A DNA stretch of 64,000 nucleotides from Nanobdellota archaeon. GTDB taxonomy: Archaea; Nanobdellota; Nanobdellia; Woesearchaeales; GW2011-AR4. The notes beneath the pieces are model-generated. The model made no database searches. It was not told where the DNA came from and worked only from the letters and a program-made list of their open reading frames with translations. Shown in pieces: positions 17,175 through 27,369 of the stretch. Both the position numbers and the translations under genes were made by a program. The stretch covers positions 71,815 through 135,814 of the forward strand of contig JBBSWH010000011.1 in the NCBI GenBank assembly GCA_038046385.1, in the 5' to 3' direction. Numbering within the stretch: the first letter of the stretch is position 1; the number at the start of each line of letters is the position of its first letter.

Positions 17175-19595
17175 ATGGAACTTTCAAAAAACTATAATCC
17201 GAAGGAATCAGAATTAAAATGGCTGGAGTTCTGGGAAAGGGAGAAAATATATTCTTTTAACCCGGACAGTGATGCAGAAATATTCTCAATAGACACTCCG
17301 CCGCCAACAGTTTCCGGCAAGATGCACATAGGACATTCGTTCTCATACTCTCAGCAGGATTTCATCGCAAGATTCCACAGAATGCGCGGAAAGAACATTT
17401 TCTATCCCTTTGGAACAGATGACAACGGATTGGCTACAGAAAGAATGATAGAGAAAATGAAAAATGTAAAAGGCCAGTTCATGAAAAGAAAGGAATTTGT
17501 TGACTTATGCCTTAAAACACTCGAAGAGATAAGGCCAGATTTTGTTATTGACTGGAAAAGAATCGGAATAAGCGCAGACTTCAACATCTTTTATACAACA
17601 ATCAATGAGCATTCCCAAAAAACATCCCAGAATTCTTTTATTGACCTGTACAAAAAAAATAGAATTTACAGAAAAAAAGCCCCTATAATGTTTTGCCCAA
17701 ACTGCATGACTGCAATCGCCCAGGTCGAGATGAAAGATTCAGAAAGAGAATCAAATCTTGTTTACATAAAAGCAGATGTTGAAGGCACAAATGAGCATTT
17801 GGTTTTTGCAACAACAAGGCCGGAATTGATTTACGGCTGCGTCGGTGTTTCAGTTCATCCGGAAGACAAAAGATATTCTCATCTTATCGGAAAAAAAGTA
17901 AAAATTCCTTTAATCAGCAGAAGCGTTGAGTTGATTCCGGATGAAATGACAGATATGGAATACGGAAGCGGTGTTGTTTATTACTGCACTTATGGAGGTG
18001 TTGACTGCATAGACTGGATGATGCGCCATCCGAAAATAAGCCCTATTGATATAATGGGAACAGACGGAAGGTACAACGAGCATTCTGGAACAATAAAGGG
18101 GATGAAGAGCGGAGAAGCAAGAAAAAAAATAATTGAAGAGCTGGAAAAAGATGGCTCATTGGTCAAGCTGGAAAAAATAAAGCACACTGTTAATGTTCAC
18201 GAAAGATGCGATACAGACATAGAGTATGTATCGACGTGGCAATGGTACATAAGATACCTCGATCTTAAAGGGGATTTTATAAAAAAAGGCCGCGAGATAA
18301 AATGGTATCCCGACCATATGCGTTCAAGATATGAGAACTGGATTAGCGGCTTAAAGTGGGACTGGAACATCTCAAGGCAGAGGCATTTTGGAGTACCGAT
18401 ACCGGTGTGGTTCTGTTCAAAGTGCAGCGAGATAAATGTTGCTGACGAAAAACAATTGCCAGTTGATCCGCTAGTTGACAAACCGATTCATAAGTGCAAG
18501 TGCGGCTCAGATGAATTTATTCCTGAAAAGGATGTTCTCGACACATGGGCAACTTCATCTTTGACTCCGGACATTGCGATAGGCCTGTTTGACAAGAAAA
18601 CACATTCAAAACTGTCTCCAATGAGCTTAAGGCCGCAGGCGCATGATATAATAACATTCTGGCTGTTCAATACTGTTGTTAAGAGTTATTTCCACCATAA
18701 TGATGTTCCATGGAAAAACATAATGATCTCAGGCTGGGCTCTTGATCCGCACGGAAAGAAAATGAGCAAGAGCAAGGGAAATACTGTCGATCCAAGAGAT
18801 GTTATTGGCAAGTATTCGGCAGATGCATTAAGGTTCTGGGCAGCTGGCTCAAGATTAGGCGACGATATGCCGTTCCAGGAAAAAGACCTTGTGACAGGCT
18901 CAAAGTTTACAACAAAAATATGGAATGCTTCAAAGTTTGCATTCATGCACCTTGTAGACTATAATCTTGAGAAGCCTGCAAAGCTTGAAGTAATGGACAG
19001 ATGGATATTATCAAAATTAAGCAAGATTGTAAAAGATGTTACAGAAAATTTTGAAAACTATGAATATTCGCATACAAAACTGGCGACAGAAACATTCTTC
19101 TGGCATACCTTCTGCGACAACTATCTTGAACTTGTAAAAGACCGTTTTTATAACACCGAAACAAGGAGCAAAGACGAGAAAATATCTGCCCAGTACGGAT
19201 TATATAATTCTCTTCTTACAGTAATAAAAATTATGGCGCCAATAATGCCGTTCATAACAGAAGAGCTTTATCAGACTTACTTCAGAAAGCACGATGGATC
19301 AAAAAGCGTTCATATCTCAAAATGGCCTGTGCTTGACATGGTTGACGAGCACGCAGAGCACATTGGTGATTTTGTGGTTGAAGTTGTAGAGTTCGCAAGA
19401 AAGAAAAAAACAGAAAAGCAGGTTTCATTAAAAACACCGATAAAGAAACTGACAATCAAAGCAAGCATAGAGGAAACAGATTTTGAAACGGTTGAAGCAG
19501 ACATAAAAGCTGCAACATCCTCTGAAAACATCGTGTTTGAGCCGATGCGCGGCCACAATCCTGAGCACAAGACCGAGATAGAAATTGAGTTTTGA
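17175..19595 (+). CDS. valS: Valine--tRNA ligase
   Basis: IDTPPPTVSG, HIGH, TTRPE, DWNISRQR, KMSKS; ATG at 17175. Confidence 0.97.
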   Translation: MELSKNYNPKESELKWLEFWEREKIYSFNPDSDAEIFSIDTPPPTVSGKMHIGHSFSYSQQDFIARFHRMRGKNIFYPFGTDDNGLATERMIEKMKNVKGQFMKRKEFVDLCLKTLEEIRPDFVIDWKRIGISADFNIFYTTINEHSQKTSQNSFIDLYKKNRIYRKKAPIMFCPNCMTAIAQVEMKDSERESNLVYIKADVEGTNEHLVFATTRPELIYGCVGVSVHPEDKRYSHLIGKKVKIPLISRSVELIPDEMTDMEYGSGVVYYCTYGGVDCIDWMMRHPKISPIDIMGTDGRYNEHSGTIKGMKSGEARKKIIEELEKDGSLVKLEKIKHTVNVHERCDTDIEYVSTWQWYIRYLDLKGDFIKKGREIKWYPDHMRSRYENWISGLKWDWNISRQRHFGVPIPVWFCSKCSEINVADEKQLPVDPLVDKPIHKCKCGSDEFIPEKDVLDTWATSSLTPDIAIGLFDKKTHSKLSPMSLRPQAHDIITFWLFNTVVKSYFHHNDVPWKNIMISGWALDPHGKKMSKSKGNTVDPRDVIGKYSADALRFWAAGSRLGDDMPFQEKDLVTGSKFTTKIWNASKFAFMHLVDYNLEKPAKLEVMDRWILSKLSKIVKDVTENFENYEYSHTKLATETFFWHTFCDNYLELVKDRFYNTETRSKDEKISAQYGLYNSLLTVIKIMAPIMPFITEELYQTYFRKHDGSKSVHISKWPVLDMVDEHAEHIGDFVVEVVEFARKKKTEKQVSLKTPIKKLTIKASIEETDFETVEADIKAATSSENIVFEPMRGHNPEHKTEIEIEF

Positions 19596-19644
19596 AATAT
19601 TTCGACAGGTTTAAAAATAAGATTCTATTCCTACTATTGGGTGG

Positions 19645-20163
19645 TTGATAATGAGTTTAGACAGTTTAACAGGAAGAGAATTTGAAAAACAGGAAAGAAG
19701 AAGGACAAAACGTGCAAGTGATAAAGCTACACGTCCTAGCCAAATACTTTTTGGCGACCAAACTACAGAAGTTATATACGGTAAAAGATTCTCGAGTGCT
19801 AACGGCACATTTAATCCAAATAAACGTCAAATTCATAAGGTGGACGGGTTAGTTGAAGCTGTAAAAAGCCCAAACCCGAAATGGATATACGCAGCGGAAA
19901 TCTTACAGGATTTAGGTAAGTACAAAACATCAACATTTCCAAGCACTTCTTTTTATGAAGGGTTTTTGGTGCAAATGGGTGCTATTGTTTCTCAAAGGTT
20001 GCCGGTTGTCGTTTACATAGAAAGGAATGAAAGCAAATTACCAATTGGATATTCAATAAGACCATACCAACCGCATCAAAAAGCTGTAGCTCCAGTTATT
20101 GTTGAGGCTAGTGAAGGTGAACATCAGAAACCACCTTATGTACGCGAATCACGTCGTCGTTAA
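19645..20163 (+). CDS. Orphan hypothetical protein
   Basis: 172-aa ORF with its own TATA-like box and GGTGG RBS. Confidence 0.65.
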   Translation: MIMSLDSLTGREFEKQERRRTKRASDKATRPSQILFGDQTTEVIYGKRFSSANGTFNPNKRQIHKVDGLVEAVKSPNPKWIYAAEILQDLGKYKTSTFPSTSFYEGFLVQMGAIVSQRLPVVVYIERNESKLPIGYSIRPYQPHQKAVAPVIVEASEGEHQKPPYVRESRRR

Positions 20164-20295
20164 ACAACATCATTGAGGACTTCAGTTGGAGTATGGTTAA
20201 GACAAAATTAGATTGTATGATTCAGACTTTAAAAAAGTTTAAATATACTTAACCTAAATTATATTTTTTATATAACTTTTAGTGGAGGGTTTAAA

Positions 20296-20820
20296 ATGAG
20301 TTTAAAATTAATTTTGACAAGAAATGAGAATATGAAGCCAAAGCCTGCAAGAACAAATTCCGGAATTCATGGGAATACTGTGTTGCAGTTAGAAGAAATA
20401 GGCGGTGTGGCTTCTTCTGGAGTTCCAACTAGTTTTAATGAAGATAGAATATTAGCAGAACACAGGGAATTAAACAGGATGGCTCCTAGTTTGTTTAAGA
20501 GACATCAATTGTCAGATGTTGTTTACCTATTGGATGAGTACGGAATTGATGCAGTTATAGAAGGCTACCATGCATCACAAATAACTGGCTTTCCATTGGA
20601 ATATGAAGTAATGATGTGCTCAACCCAGCCAGCAGACGATGGAAAAGATTTAATGGACCCGGACATTTTAGAAATAATGGTTCAAGACCAAAGCAGAGGA
20701 CCACTAAGCCCAACACCATGGGAGATATTTAGTCAAGGTGCTCATCGAATAGTCAAAAGAAAATCTTTGGTAGGACTCGGATTCGAGTATGGCTCAAAGC
20801 ATCCTTTGGATTTGACATAA
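20296..20820 (+). CDS. Orphan hypothetical protein
   Basis: 174-aa ORF, TTTAAATA box and GGAGGG RBS. Confidence 0.7.
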   Translation: MSLKLILTRNENMKPKPARTNSGIHGNTVLQLEEIGGVASSGVPTSFNEDRILAEHRELNRMAPSLFKRHQLSDVVYLLDEYGIDAVIEGYHASQITGFPLEYEVMMCSTQPADDGKDLMDPDILEIMVQDQSRGPLSPTPWEIFSQGAHRIVKRKSLVGLGFEYGSKHPLDLT

Positions 20821-20856
20821 TTTTTTAATTTAAAAAAATCCAAATCAAACACTTCT

Positions 20857-21183
20857 CTAAGCAGCAATATCTTCAAGGCCAAGAGTGTATTTTACTATTA
20901 CTCGTTCTGCTATGTATTCTCCATTCCAGCGGAAAAAATCCGTATCACTTCTTAATCTAAGCTCACCTACTCTTGCAAATTCCTTGTTCAAATAATAATC
21001 AAAAGCCCTCATTTCAGTTTCAGATCTCTCTGGCCCGTCATTTCTTGCAATATTATTTGACCAAGTTCTGAAAGAGGCAAGGTACTTAGGAATATAATGC
21101 CTCAATCCGTTTTCATCAAGACTCTGTGGTCTTGTAAAATCCCCAAAAAGAGTACTGGGACTTGTTAATACTGGTTCTGCCAT
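20857..21183 (-). CDS. Orphan hypothetical protein immediately downstream of cysS
   Basis: 108-aa ORF starting 1 nt after the cysS stop; ends GLEDIAA. Confidence 0.65.
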   Translation of the reverse strand: MAEPVLTSPSTLFGDFTRPQSLDENGLRHYIPKYLASFRTWSNNIARNDGPERSETEMRAFDYYLNKEFARVGELRLRSDTDFFRWNGEYIAERVIVKYTLGLEDIAA

Positions 21184-21184
21184 T

Positions 21185-22579
21185 CTAACCCACCTTCCAT
21201 CTTACACCCTCTTTTGTATCCTCAAGGATAACCCCTTTGCTTTTTAAAGTTTCCCTTATCTCATCCGCCTTTTTGAAGTTTTTCTCTTTTCGCGCTTTCT
21301 CTCTTTCATCAATCATCTTTTGGACTTCAGAGTCGACTTCTTTTTGCTCTTCAAGAATCCCAAGGACTTTGTCAAAATCCTGCATTAATCCCATAATCTT
21401 ATCAGCATCGTTCTTGCCAATCTTTCCTTCCATCATCAGCGTATTTATTTCTTTTACAAAATCAAAAACATGCGACAATGCTCCGCTTATGTTGATGTCA
21501 TCATCCATTTCTTTCTCAAACAGCTTCTTTGTTTTGTCAATTAATTTTACAATATCTTTATTTTCATCATTATTTTTTATCTCATTCAATTTCAGCATAA
21601 AATCATTTAATCTTTGCACAGCGCTTTCAGACGCTTTTACAGCATCTTCTGTAAAATTCAATTGCATCCTGTAGTTTGCAGACAAAAGAAGGTACCTTAT
21701 CGAGCTTGCCTTGTACCCTTTTGCTAGCAAATCCCTTAAAGTGTAAAAATTGCCAAGAGACTTTGACATTTTCTTCCCTTCAACAAGAAGGTGCTCGTTA
21801 TGTACCCAGTAGTTTGCAAAATGCTCGTGAGTATAAGCCTCGCTTTGCGCAATCTCATTCTCGTGATGCGGAAACACAAGATCTATTCCTCCGGCGTGTA
21901 TGTCAAAATGGTTTCCAAGATGTTTTATTGACATTGCACTGCATTCTATATGCCATCCCGGCCTTCCTTTGCCTATTTCAGTGTCCCAGAAAACATTTCC
22001 ATCATCTTTATCGTACGATTTCCATAATGCAAAATCTTTTGCCTCTTCTTTTTCGTAAGAATCATGTTTTACCCTTGCGCCTTCCATCAAATCTGCAACT
22101 TTTGTTTTGGACAATTTTCCATAACCCTTGAATTTAGAAATATTGTAATAAACGCTTCCGTCATCGCTTTTGTAAGCAATTCCGTCTTCAAGCATTTTTT
22201 TTATCATGGAAACAATTTCTTCGATATAATCAGTTGCTCTCGGAAAAACATCTGCTTTTGCTATGTTCAGCGCTTCCAAATCCTCGAAGAATGCCTTTTC
22301 ATACCTTGAAGTATACTCTTTCAATGAAATTTTTTCTTTGTTCGCGCCCTTTATTGTCTTGTCATCAACATCGGTTATGTTCATCACATGCTTGATATGG
22401 TATCCGGAGTACTTCAAATATCGCTTAAGAATATCACTGCATATGTAAGCCCTAAAGTTGCCGATGTGGGCATAATCATAAACAGTCGGGCCACAAGTAT
22501 ACATACCAACCATCTTGTCCTTTATCGGCTTGAAGGTTTCTTTCTTCCTTGTGAGGGTATTGTAAATTTTCAATGCCAT
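21185..22579 (-). CDS. cysS: Cysteine--tRNA ligase
   Basis: CGPTVYD, HIGN, GRPGWHIECS, FPHHENE, KMSKS. Confidence 0.97.
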   Translation of the reverse strand: MALKIYNTLTRKKETFKPIKDKMVGMYTCGPTVYDYAHIGNFRAYICSDILKRYLKYSGYHIKHVMNITDVDDKTIKGANKEKISLKEYTSRYEKAFFEDLEALNIAKADVFPRATDYIEEIVSMIKKMLEDGIAYKSDDGSVYYNISKFKGYGKLSKTKVADLMEGARVKHDSYEKEEAKDFALWKSYDKDDGNVFWDTEIGKGRPGWHIECSAMSIKHLGNHFDIHAGGIDLVFPHHENEIAQSEAYTHEHFANYWVHNEHLLVEGKKMSKSLGNFYTLRDLLAKGYKASSIRYLLLSANYRMQLNFTEDAVKASESAVQRLNDFMLKLNEIKNNDENKDIVKLIDKTKKLFEKEMDDDINISGALSHVFDFVKEINTLMMEGKIGKNDADKIMGLMQDFDKVLGILEEQKEVDSEVQKMIDEREKARKEKNFKKADEIRETLKSKGVILEDTKEGVRWKVG

Positions 22580-22611
22580 TTTGGATTCATTGTCAAAATT
22601 CTTTAATAAGT

Positions 22612-22905
22612 TTATGATACTTGGTGCACTTCTGCAAGATAATGCGGCTTTGAACCCCTAAATAGCTGCTCAGCCAATACAACTACATTATAATCCCTGC
22701 CGCCAGAAACTACTCTGTGTATTCCTGGCATTGGATTGGCAGATTCTATTGCTCCTAAAATATCTGACAAAGAAATGCCGGTATTTCTTGACATCTCATT
22801 ATTTGAGTTGAATGCAATTCCAGATGAATGAAAAACATTCCCTCCTGCATCCATGTAGCCTAATATTTGGTCATGGCATCCTATCATCATGTAACTTTCG
22901 CACAT
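22612..22905 (-). CDS. Orphan hypothetical protein
   Basis: 97-aa ORF with GGAGA RBS, between tRNA-Cys and cysS. Confidence 0.55.
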   Translation of the reverse strand: MCESYMMIGCHDQILGYMDAGGNVFHSSGIAFNSNNEMSRNTGISLSDILGAIESANPMPGIHRVVSGGRDYNVVVLAEQLFRGSKPHYLAEVHQVS

Positions 22906-22957
22906 AGTATATCATCTCCGTTGATTTTTAGTTTTATCAAGTCAAAAATAAAAAAAG

Positions 22958-23073
22958 AGCGAGGGATGGGACTCGAACCCATGATAAAGCGGGAATTGCG
23001 CACGTCATCGCCGATTTCTCGGCTCATATGGCTGCTTTGCAGCCGCTCCCCTTAGCCGCTTGGGCACCCTCGC
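22958..23073 (-). tRNA. tRNA-Cys(GCA) with 43-nt intron at 37/38 (22994-23036)
   Basis: Acceptor GCGAGGG/CCCTCGC, discriminator U, anticodon stem AGCGG/CCGCT with CT-GCA-A, T arm ATGGG-TTCGAGT-CCCAT. Confidence 0.92.
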
Positions 23074-23179
23074 AAATGTGAGAACTATCTAAAAGCAACA
23101 ACAACCAAGGTAATAATTTATGTTCATAAATCTACTGTGATTGTGCAGGATATTTAAAACTTTAGTTTCATTCATAATT

Positions 23180-23290
23180 TTACTTGAATTTTGATTCTTC
23201 TGTTCTGTTATTAAAATCCACGGACATAAGGCTGCTTAAAAAATCACGTTCGCGTTCCGCAGCCTTGTCTAGGTTTATTTTTTGTTCCAA
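23180..23290 (-). CDS. Possible 36-aa small protein (MEQKINLDKAAERERDFLSSLMSVDFNNRTEESKFK)
   Basis: TTG start preceded by GAGGTG RBS; below the ORF-track cutoff. Confidence 0.45.
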   Translation of the reverse strand: MEQKINLDKAAERERDFLSSLMSVDFNNRTEESKFK

Positions 23291-23516
23291 TTTTAACACC
23301 TCTGGTTTTTTAGAAAAAAATTAAAATTGGCAATCAGCACATATACCAATTGTGTTTAGGACTAATAATAAGAATTCTCATCCCAAACTTTGTGCATTTT
23401 GCCATTTCGATTATAATCATTTTTTCGTTCTTTTATTTAAATCTTTTGTTTCTGCTATAACTATTCTTGTATATTCTTATATAAATACTCTATTGTTAAT
23501 TTTATTCCTATAAGAA

Positions 23517-24689
23517 TTAACGTTGTTTGTTTATCTCACTCAGCTGCTTAAGCAGGTTGCACGAGTCTTTCTGCTGCTGCTGCACTATATTTTCGCATAC
23601 AGAATAATCTTTCAAGTCAATTGCAAAATACATATAGCAGGAATCTTTTTTGGCGTCTGCTCCAATCAGGCTGCAGATTTCTTTGTCTTTGCCTGCTTTG
23701 GCGACGTTGTAATAGCAAAGGTCTTTTATCTTCGGATTCAATATCTGGGTGCAGTAGCTTTTGTCTGACTGTGATTCTGCAACATTGCCTATGCATGTGT
23801 CTTTATTATCCGGAACTTGCATTTTACTGCACTCCTGCATTGCCTTGTTAGGGTCAGTTTTTGCAACTGATGATGTATCTTCAGGAACTTCTTCTGTAAC
23901 CGAAGGCTTGCTTGGAACATCTGCTTCTTTCTTGCAGTCAGCAGCGCAGTTTTCATTTTCCTCGCATATGCTGTTGCCGCAGCACGGCACAATTTTTTTG
24001 TAGGAGCACTTTCCATTATCTTTAATGTCTTCCGTGCATGCATTATTATCGTTGCAGTCTATTTTTTTAACTTCTTCCTGCGGAGGCTGTTCTGAAGGCG
24101 TTTCTTTTGCATCTGCATTTTCAGTAACTTTAATCGGAAGCGTTGCAATTGCCTTTTTGCCGTCGTAAGTTGCTGTCGCCCTTAAAATATAGTTTCCCGG
24201 GCCTGCGTCATCAGGAATCCTGATTGTTGTTTCTTTCTCTGCTGATGTTTCTATTGCAATTGTCTCTTCTGTTTCTGTCAAAACCTTGAATGTTTTTGAA
24301 TCCAAAATTTCGTTTTTCACAAAAACATCAAATCTTCCTGCAGATCCCATATTGGAGAATTTTTTGATGAAAACAATGTCATTTCCTGCAGCTGCTGTTG
24401 TAGTAACTGGCTTTAGGGTTAAATCTAGCAGCCTTGCCGGGCCTTTTCCATTCAGATAAAGAAACGCCACCGTTCCGATAAAAGAAGCAACTATTATTAT
24501 AATAAGGATAACTGCAGTTTTTGAGAAATGGATTTCATGCCTTATAGTCGGATGGTAAACTTCATTTAATGCTTCATTAATGTCATTGCTGCTGTAGCCG
24601 TACTTAAGCATTATATCTTTTATTGCAGAAGCAGAATATCCTTTTTGAATCTGGACTCTAACGTAATCCACCACACTCTTTTTTACCAT
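23517..24689 (-). CDS. Membrane-anchored Cys-rich surface protein
   Basis: N-terminal small helical domain (YV..Q..KGY....I...GY...I.EAL), one TM, Ig-like region, CCGNxxC and repeated C..I......D.C units. Confidence 0.8.
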   Translation of the reverse strand: MVKKSVVDYVRVQIQKGYSASAIKDIMLKYGYSSNDINEALNEVYHPTIRHEIHFSKTAVILIIIIVASFIGTVAFLYLNGKGPARLLDLTLKPVTTTAAAGNDIVFIKKFSNMGSAGRFDVFVKNEILDSKTFKVLTETEETIAIETSAEKETTIRIPDDAGPGNYILRATATYDGKKAIATLPIKVTENADAKETPSEQPPQEEVKKIDCNDNNACTEDIKDNGKCSYKKIVPCCGNSICEENENCAADCKKEADVPSKPSVTEEVPEDTSSVAKTDPNKAMQECSKMQVPDNKDTCIGNVAESQSDKSYCTQILNPKIKDLCYYNVAKAGKDKEICSLIGADAKKDSCYMYFAIDLKDYSVCENIVQQQQKDSCNLLKQLSEINKQR

Positions 24690-24751
24690 TATCCATTGCC
24701 TAATATATAGTATATTTAAAATTGTTGAATTTGAGCGTTTGTTAACTGCAT

Positions 24752-24866
24752 CAATTTTGCCATCAAAATGTGAGCATCATCCATTTAATAAGTTAACAAA
24801 AAGGAGGTTCCATGAGGAATTTTTGTTATTTGATTAGAACATTTAATGCGAACGATGGCAAAATTG
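24752..24866 (+). ncRNA. Candidate structured ncRNA/DNA element, family A, copy 1
   Basis: 13-bp IR CAATTTTGCCATC/GATGGCAAAATTG; GT-GA-GCAT/ATGC-GA-AC; ACAAAAA-GGAGG-TTCC-ATGA-GGAA-TTTTTGT. Confidence 0.7.
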
Positions 24867-25034
24867 CCGTATTTTGGTTTGTTTTTATTTTTCTTTATGC
24901 TTTATCTATCCTTAATAAATACTAAAAATATACCTTATTTATACTTAATTCAGTATAGTATAAATAAAATTTGATAGTAATCTTTAAATACTAATACTCA
25001 AAGTATGCTAAATAATGTACATTTTAAGCTTAAA

Positions 25035-25211
25035 ATGAGTATTCAAATAAGAATAACGGTATCGAAAGAGATCAACGAACTTCTAGAAAAAGTATCAAAA
25101 AAATTAGGCAAGAAAAAATCAATGCTTGCCCGTGAGTTAATGGAGCAGAAGCTTTACGATCTTCAGTTAATACAAAAAGAGCTCAACAGCATGGATAAAA
25201 ATGACAAGTAA
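25035..25211 (+). CDS. Ribbon-helix-helix (CopG-like) DNA-binding protein
   Basis: IRITVSKEINELLEKVSKKLGKKKSMLARE pattern; overlaps the start of the next gene. Confidence 0.75.
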   Translation: MSIQIRITVSKEINELLEKVSKKLGKKKSMLARELMEQKLYDLQLIQKELNSMDKNDK

Positions 25212-27369
25212 AAATTTCAGAATTTTTTCAAAAAAAGCGCAGCTTGCAATATTTATGATAATTGCCGTTGTATTGATAATTGGCGGAGTTGTGTTTTTCA
25301 CGCTGACAAGCGAAGAGGAAAAAACAGCTGAAGCAGAAATCATGATAACTGAAAGTGTTCCAATTGAATTTGAACCTGTGAAGAAGTTTGTTGAGGACTG
25401 TTTGTACGCAACAAGCGTGGAAGGGCTTGAGCTTATCGGGGAACATGGAGGATATGCGAGCCTTGATGAAAACAATCTGAACGCAGAAACTTTTGCAGTA
25501 AATATCAATAATCCAACAGAAAGCGACGCTGTTCTGTTTGCAAGCGACTCTAATTTAAAAATTCCTTACTGGAATTATTTGAAATCGGCAAACAGCTGCA
25601 AAGGAAATTGCGTGTTTGCAAGCAAAAGGCCGAAATTGTCAGGATCTGGAAATTCAATACAAGAAAATTTGCAAAGATATGTCGATGCAAAACTAAGTTC
25701 ATGCACTGATAATTTTAAAACATTCAAAGAGCAGGGATATGCAATAACTGAGAAATCAAAGCCAAAATCAAGTGTTGTGATAACACAAGACGATGTTGTT
25801 ATAGGGCTGGATTATGAATTAAGCATAGAAAGGCAGGATTCTTCATCGTCTCCAAAGAAGTTTGCAACAAGAGTCCCTATCAATCTGCAAAGAGTATACG
25901 AGCTTGCGACGAATATAACTAACTTAGAAATACGGCACAATTACATAGAAAAACATGTGCTTAATCTCATTGCAGCATTTTCTGGTGTTGATAACAATAA
26001 ACTGCCGCCAATGTCTGAGATGCAGTTTAAGTTCGGGAGTAATGTAGGGTGGCAAAAAACGCAAGTTAAGAATAATGTTGAAAATGTTCTTCTGTCATAT
26101 ATTCCTTTATTCCAATTAGACAGTACGGCAAACTATGAAAGAAATGTATTTGACACAGAATTGGCGCAAAGATTATACGATTCAACAATAATCCCGATTG
26201 CAGATGAAAAATTCAAAGATCTTGAAACCCATTTTTCATATCTTGACTTCTGGCCAATGTATTTTAATTTAAACTGCAATGGAGAAAATTGCAAGCCAAA
26301 TTCCGCAAATTCATTGATTTCGTTTTTGGGGGTGCAGGACTACAAATTCTTTTACGATTTATCTTTCCCTGTTCTTGTGCAGGTTCAGGATCCCCTTGCA
26401 CTGAACGGAAAGGGATACACTTTCAATCTTTTCCTTGAAGGGAATATAAGGAACAATGAGCCGCTGAAAGCGGCTTATGATCCGCTTGAAATAAGCTATG
26501 AGTCTGAAAAATCGTTGCTTTGTGACTCGAGGAATAGTGGAGAGGTTAAGGTTAATGTTCTTGATTCTTCGCAGAAGCCAATACAAGACGCTCAAGTGGT
26601 ATACACTGTAGGTGATGAGACTTGTTTCATTGGCACAACAGATGAAACTGGAACTGTCAAAGAAAAATTCCCGATTGCGGCAGGCGGAGCAGTAAGCGTT
26701 TCAAAAGAAAACTTCATTGGCAAGTATGTTGATTTTGATGCTCAGCTGGATGCTGATTCATCATTAAGTGTTAAACTAAAGCCGATAACAACAAAAAACA
26801 TTATTGTTAGGAAAAAAAGCATTGTCAAGACGCAGGATGGCTGGGAATTTGTAAACACTCCAGCTGACTTGACAGCGAAAGAATCTGCAACTATCTCACT
26901 TACGAGGGTGAATGACAACGGAGAGCTGGATTTCTCATCAGCCGCGCAATATACCGGACAGCAGACAGAAAAAAGCACAATTGAAATTGCCCCTGGCAAT
27001 TATGAAGCAGACATAACTCTTTTGCTGAATGAAAAAATTGTGATTCCGGCGCAGAGAAAATGCCCTTGCGTGCTGTGGACCGGGATTTGCGCGAAAAGAG
27101 AGTGTTATGACCTTCCTGAAATAGATTTCAGCAAAGGCGCTGCAGCAGGAAGCGAAAAATTCCCTTCAGGCGGCTTGAAGGCAAAAATTTCAATAAGCCC
27201 GGAGAATCTGAAAGATTCTAACACAATTATCCTTTATGCTGTCAGTGTGGACCTTTTGAATGTTCCACTGGATAAAAGGGATGTTGAAGACGCAAATGAA
27301 ATAGGAAAAGTCGAGGAATACTCAACAACATATCAAACGGCATTAACTCCGGAGTTCAAAAATGGATAA
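25201..27369 (+). CDS. Large prepilin-like secreted protein (class III signal peptide), module 1
   Basis: SKKAQ-LAIFMIIAVVLII N-terminus, PVKKFVEDCL..GL..IG..GGY; paralog of 34737-36644. Confidence 0.8.
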   Translation: MTSKNFRIFSKKAQLAIFMIIAVVLIIGGVVFFTLTSEEEKTAEAEIMITESVPIEFEPVKKFVEDCLYATSVEGLELIGEHGGYASLDENNLNAETFAVNINNPTESDAVLFASDSNLKIPYWNYLKSANSCKGNCVFASKRPKLSGSGNSIQENLQRYVDAKLSSCTDNFKTFKEQGYAITEKSKPKSSVVITQDDVVIGLDYELSIERQDSSSSPKKFATRVPINLQRVYELATNITNLEIRHNYIEKHVLNLIAAFSGVDNNKLPPMSEMQFKFGSNVGWQKTQVKNNVENVLLSYIPLFQLDSTANYERNVFDTELAQRLYDSTIIPIADEKFKDLETHFSYLDFWPMYFNLNCNGENCKPNSANSLISFLGVQDYKFFYDLSFPVLVQVQDPLALNGKGYTFNLFLEGNIRNNEPLKAAYDPLEISYESEKSLLCDSRNSGEVKVNVLDSSQKPIQDAQVVYTVGDETCFIGTTDETGTVKEKFPIAAGGAVSVSKENFIGKYVDFDAQLDADSSLSVKLKPITTKNIIVRKKSIVKTQDGWEFVNTPADLTAKESATISLTRVNDNGELDFSSAAQYTGQQTEKSTIEIAPGNYEADITLLLNEKIVIPAQRKCPCVLWTGICAKRECYDLPEIDFSKGAAAGSEKFPSGGLKAKISISPENLKDSNTIILYAVSVDLLNVPLDKRDVEDANEIGKVEEYSTTYQTALTPEFKNG

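Noticed and set aside
23320-23420. Frameshifted Zn-ribbon microprotein (MAKCTK... / GICADCQF)
   Set aside because: The two halves lie in different frames with stops; too short to support a call
24752-24866. SRP RNA, 5S rRNA or a known small ribozyme
   Set aside because: No SRP helix-8 motif, 5S signatures or hammerhead CUGANGA/GAAA core found
24802-24958. Peptide encoded by family A (GGAGG-ttcc-ATG)
   Set aside because: Reading frame and length are not conserved among copies, and the divergent copy has no ATG in the loop
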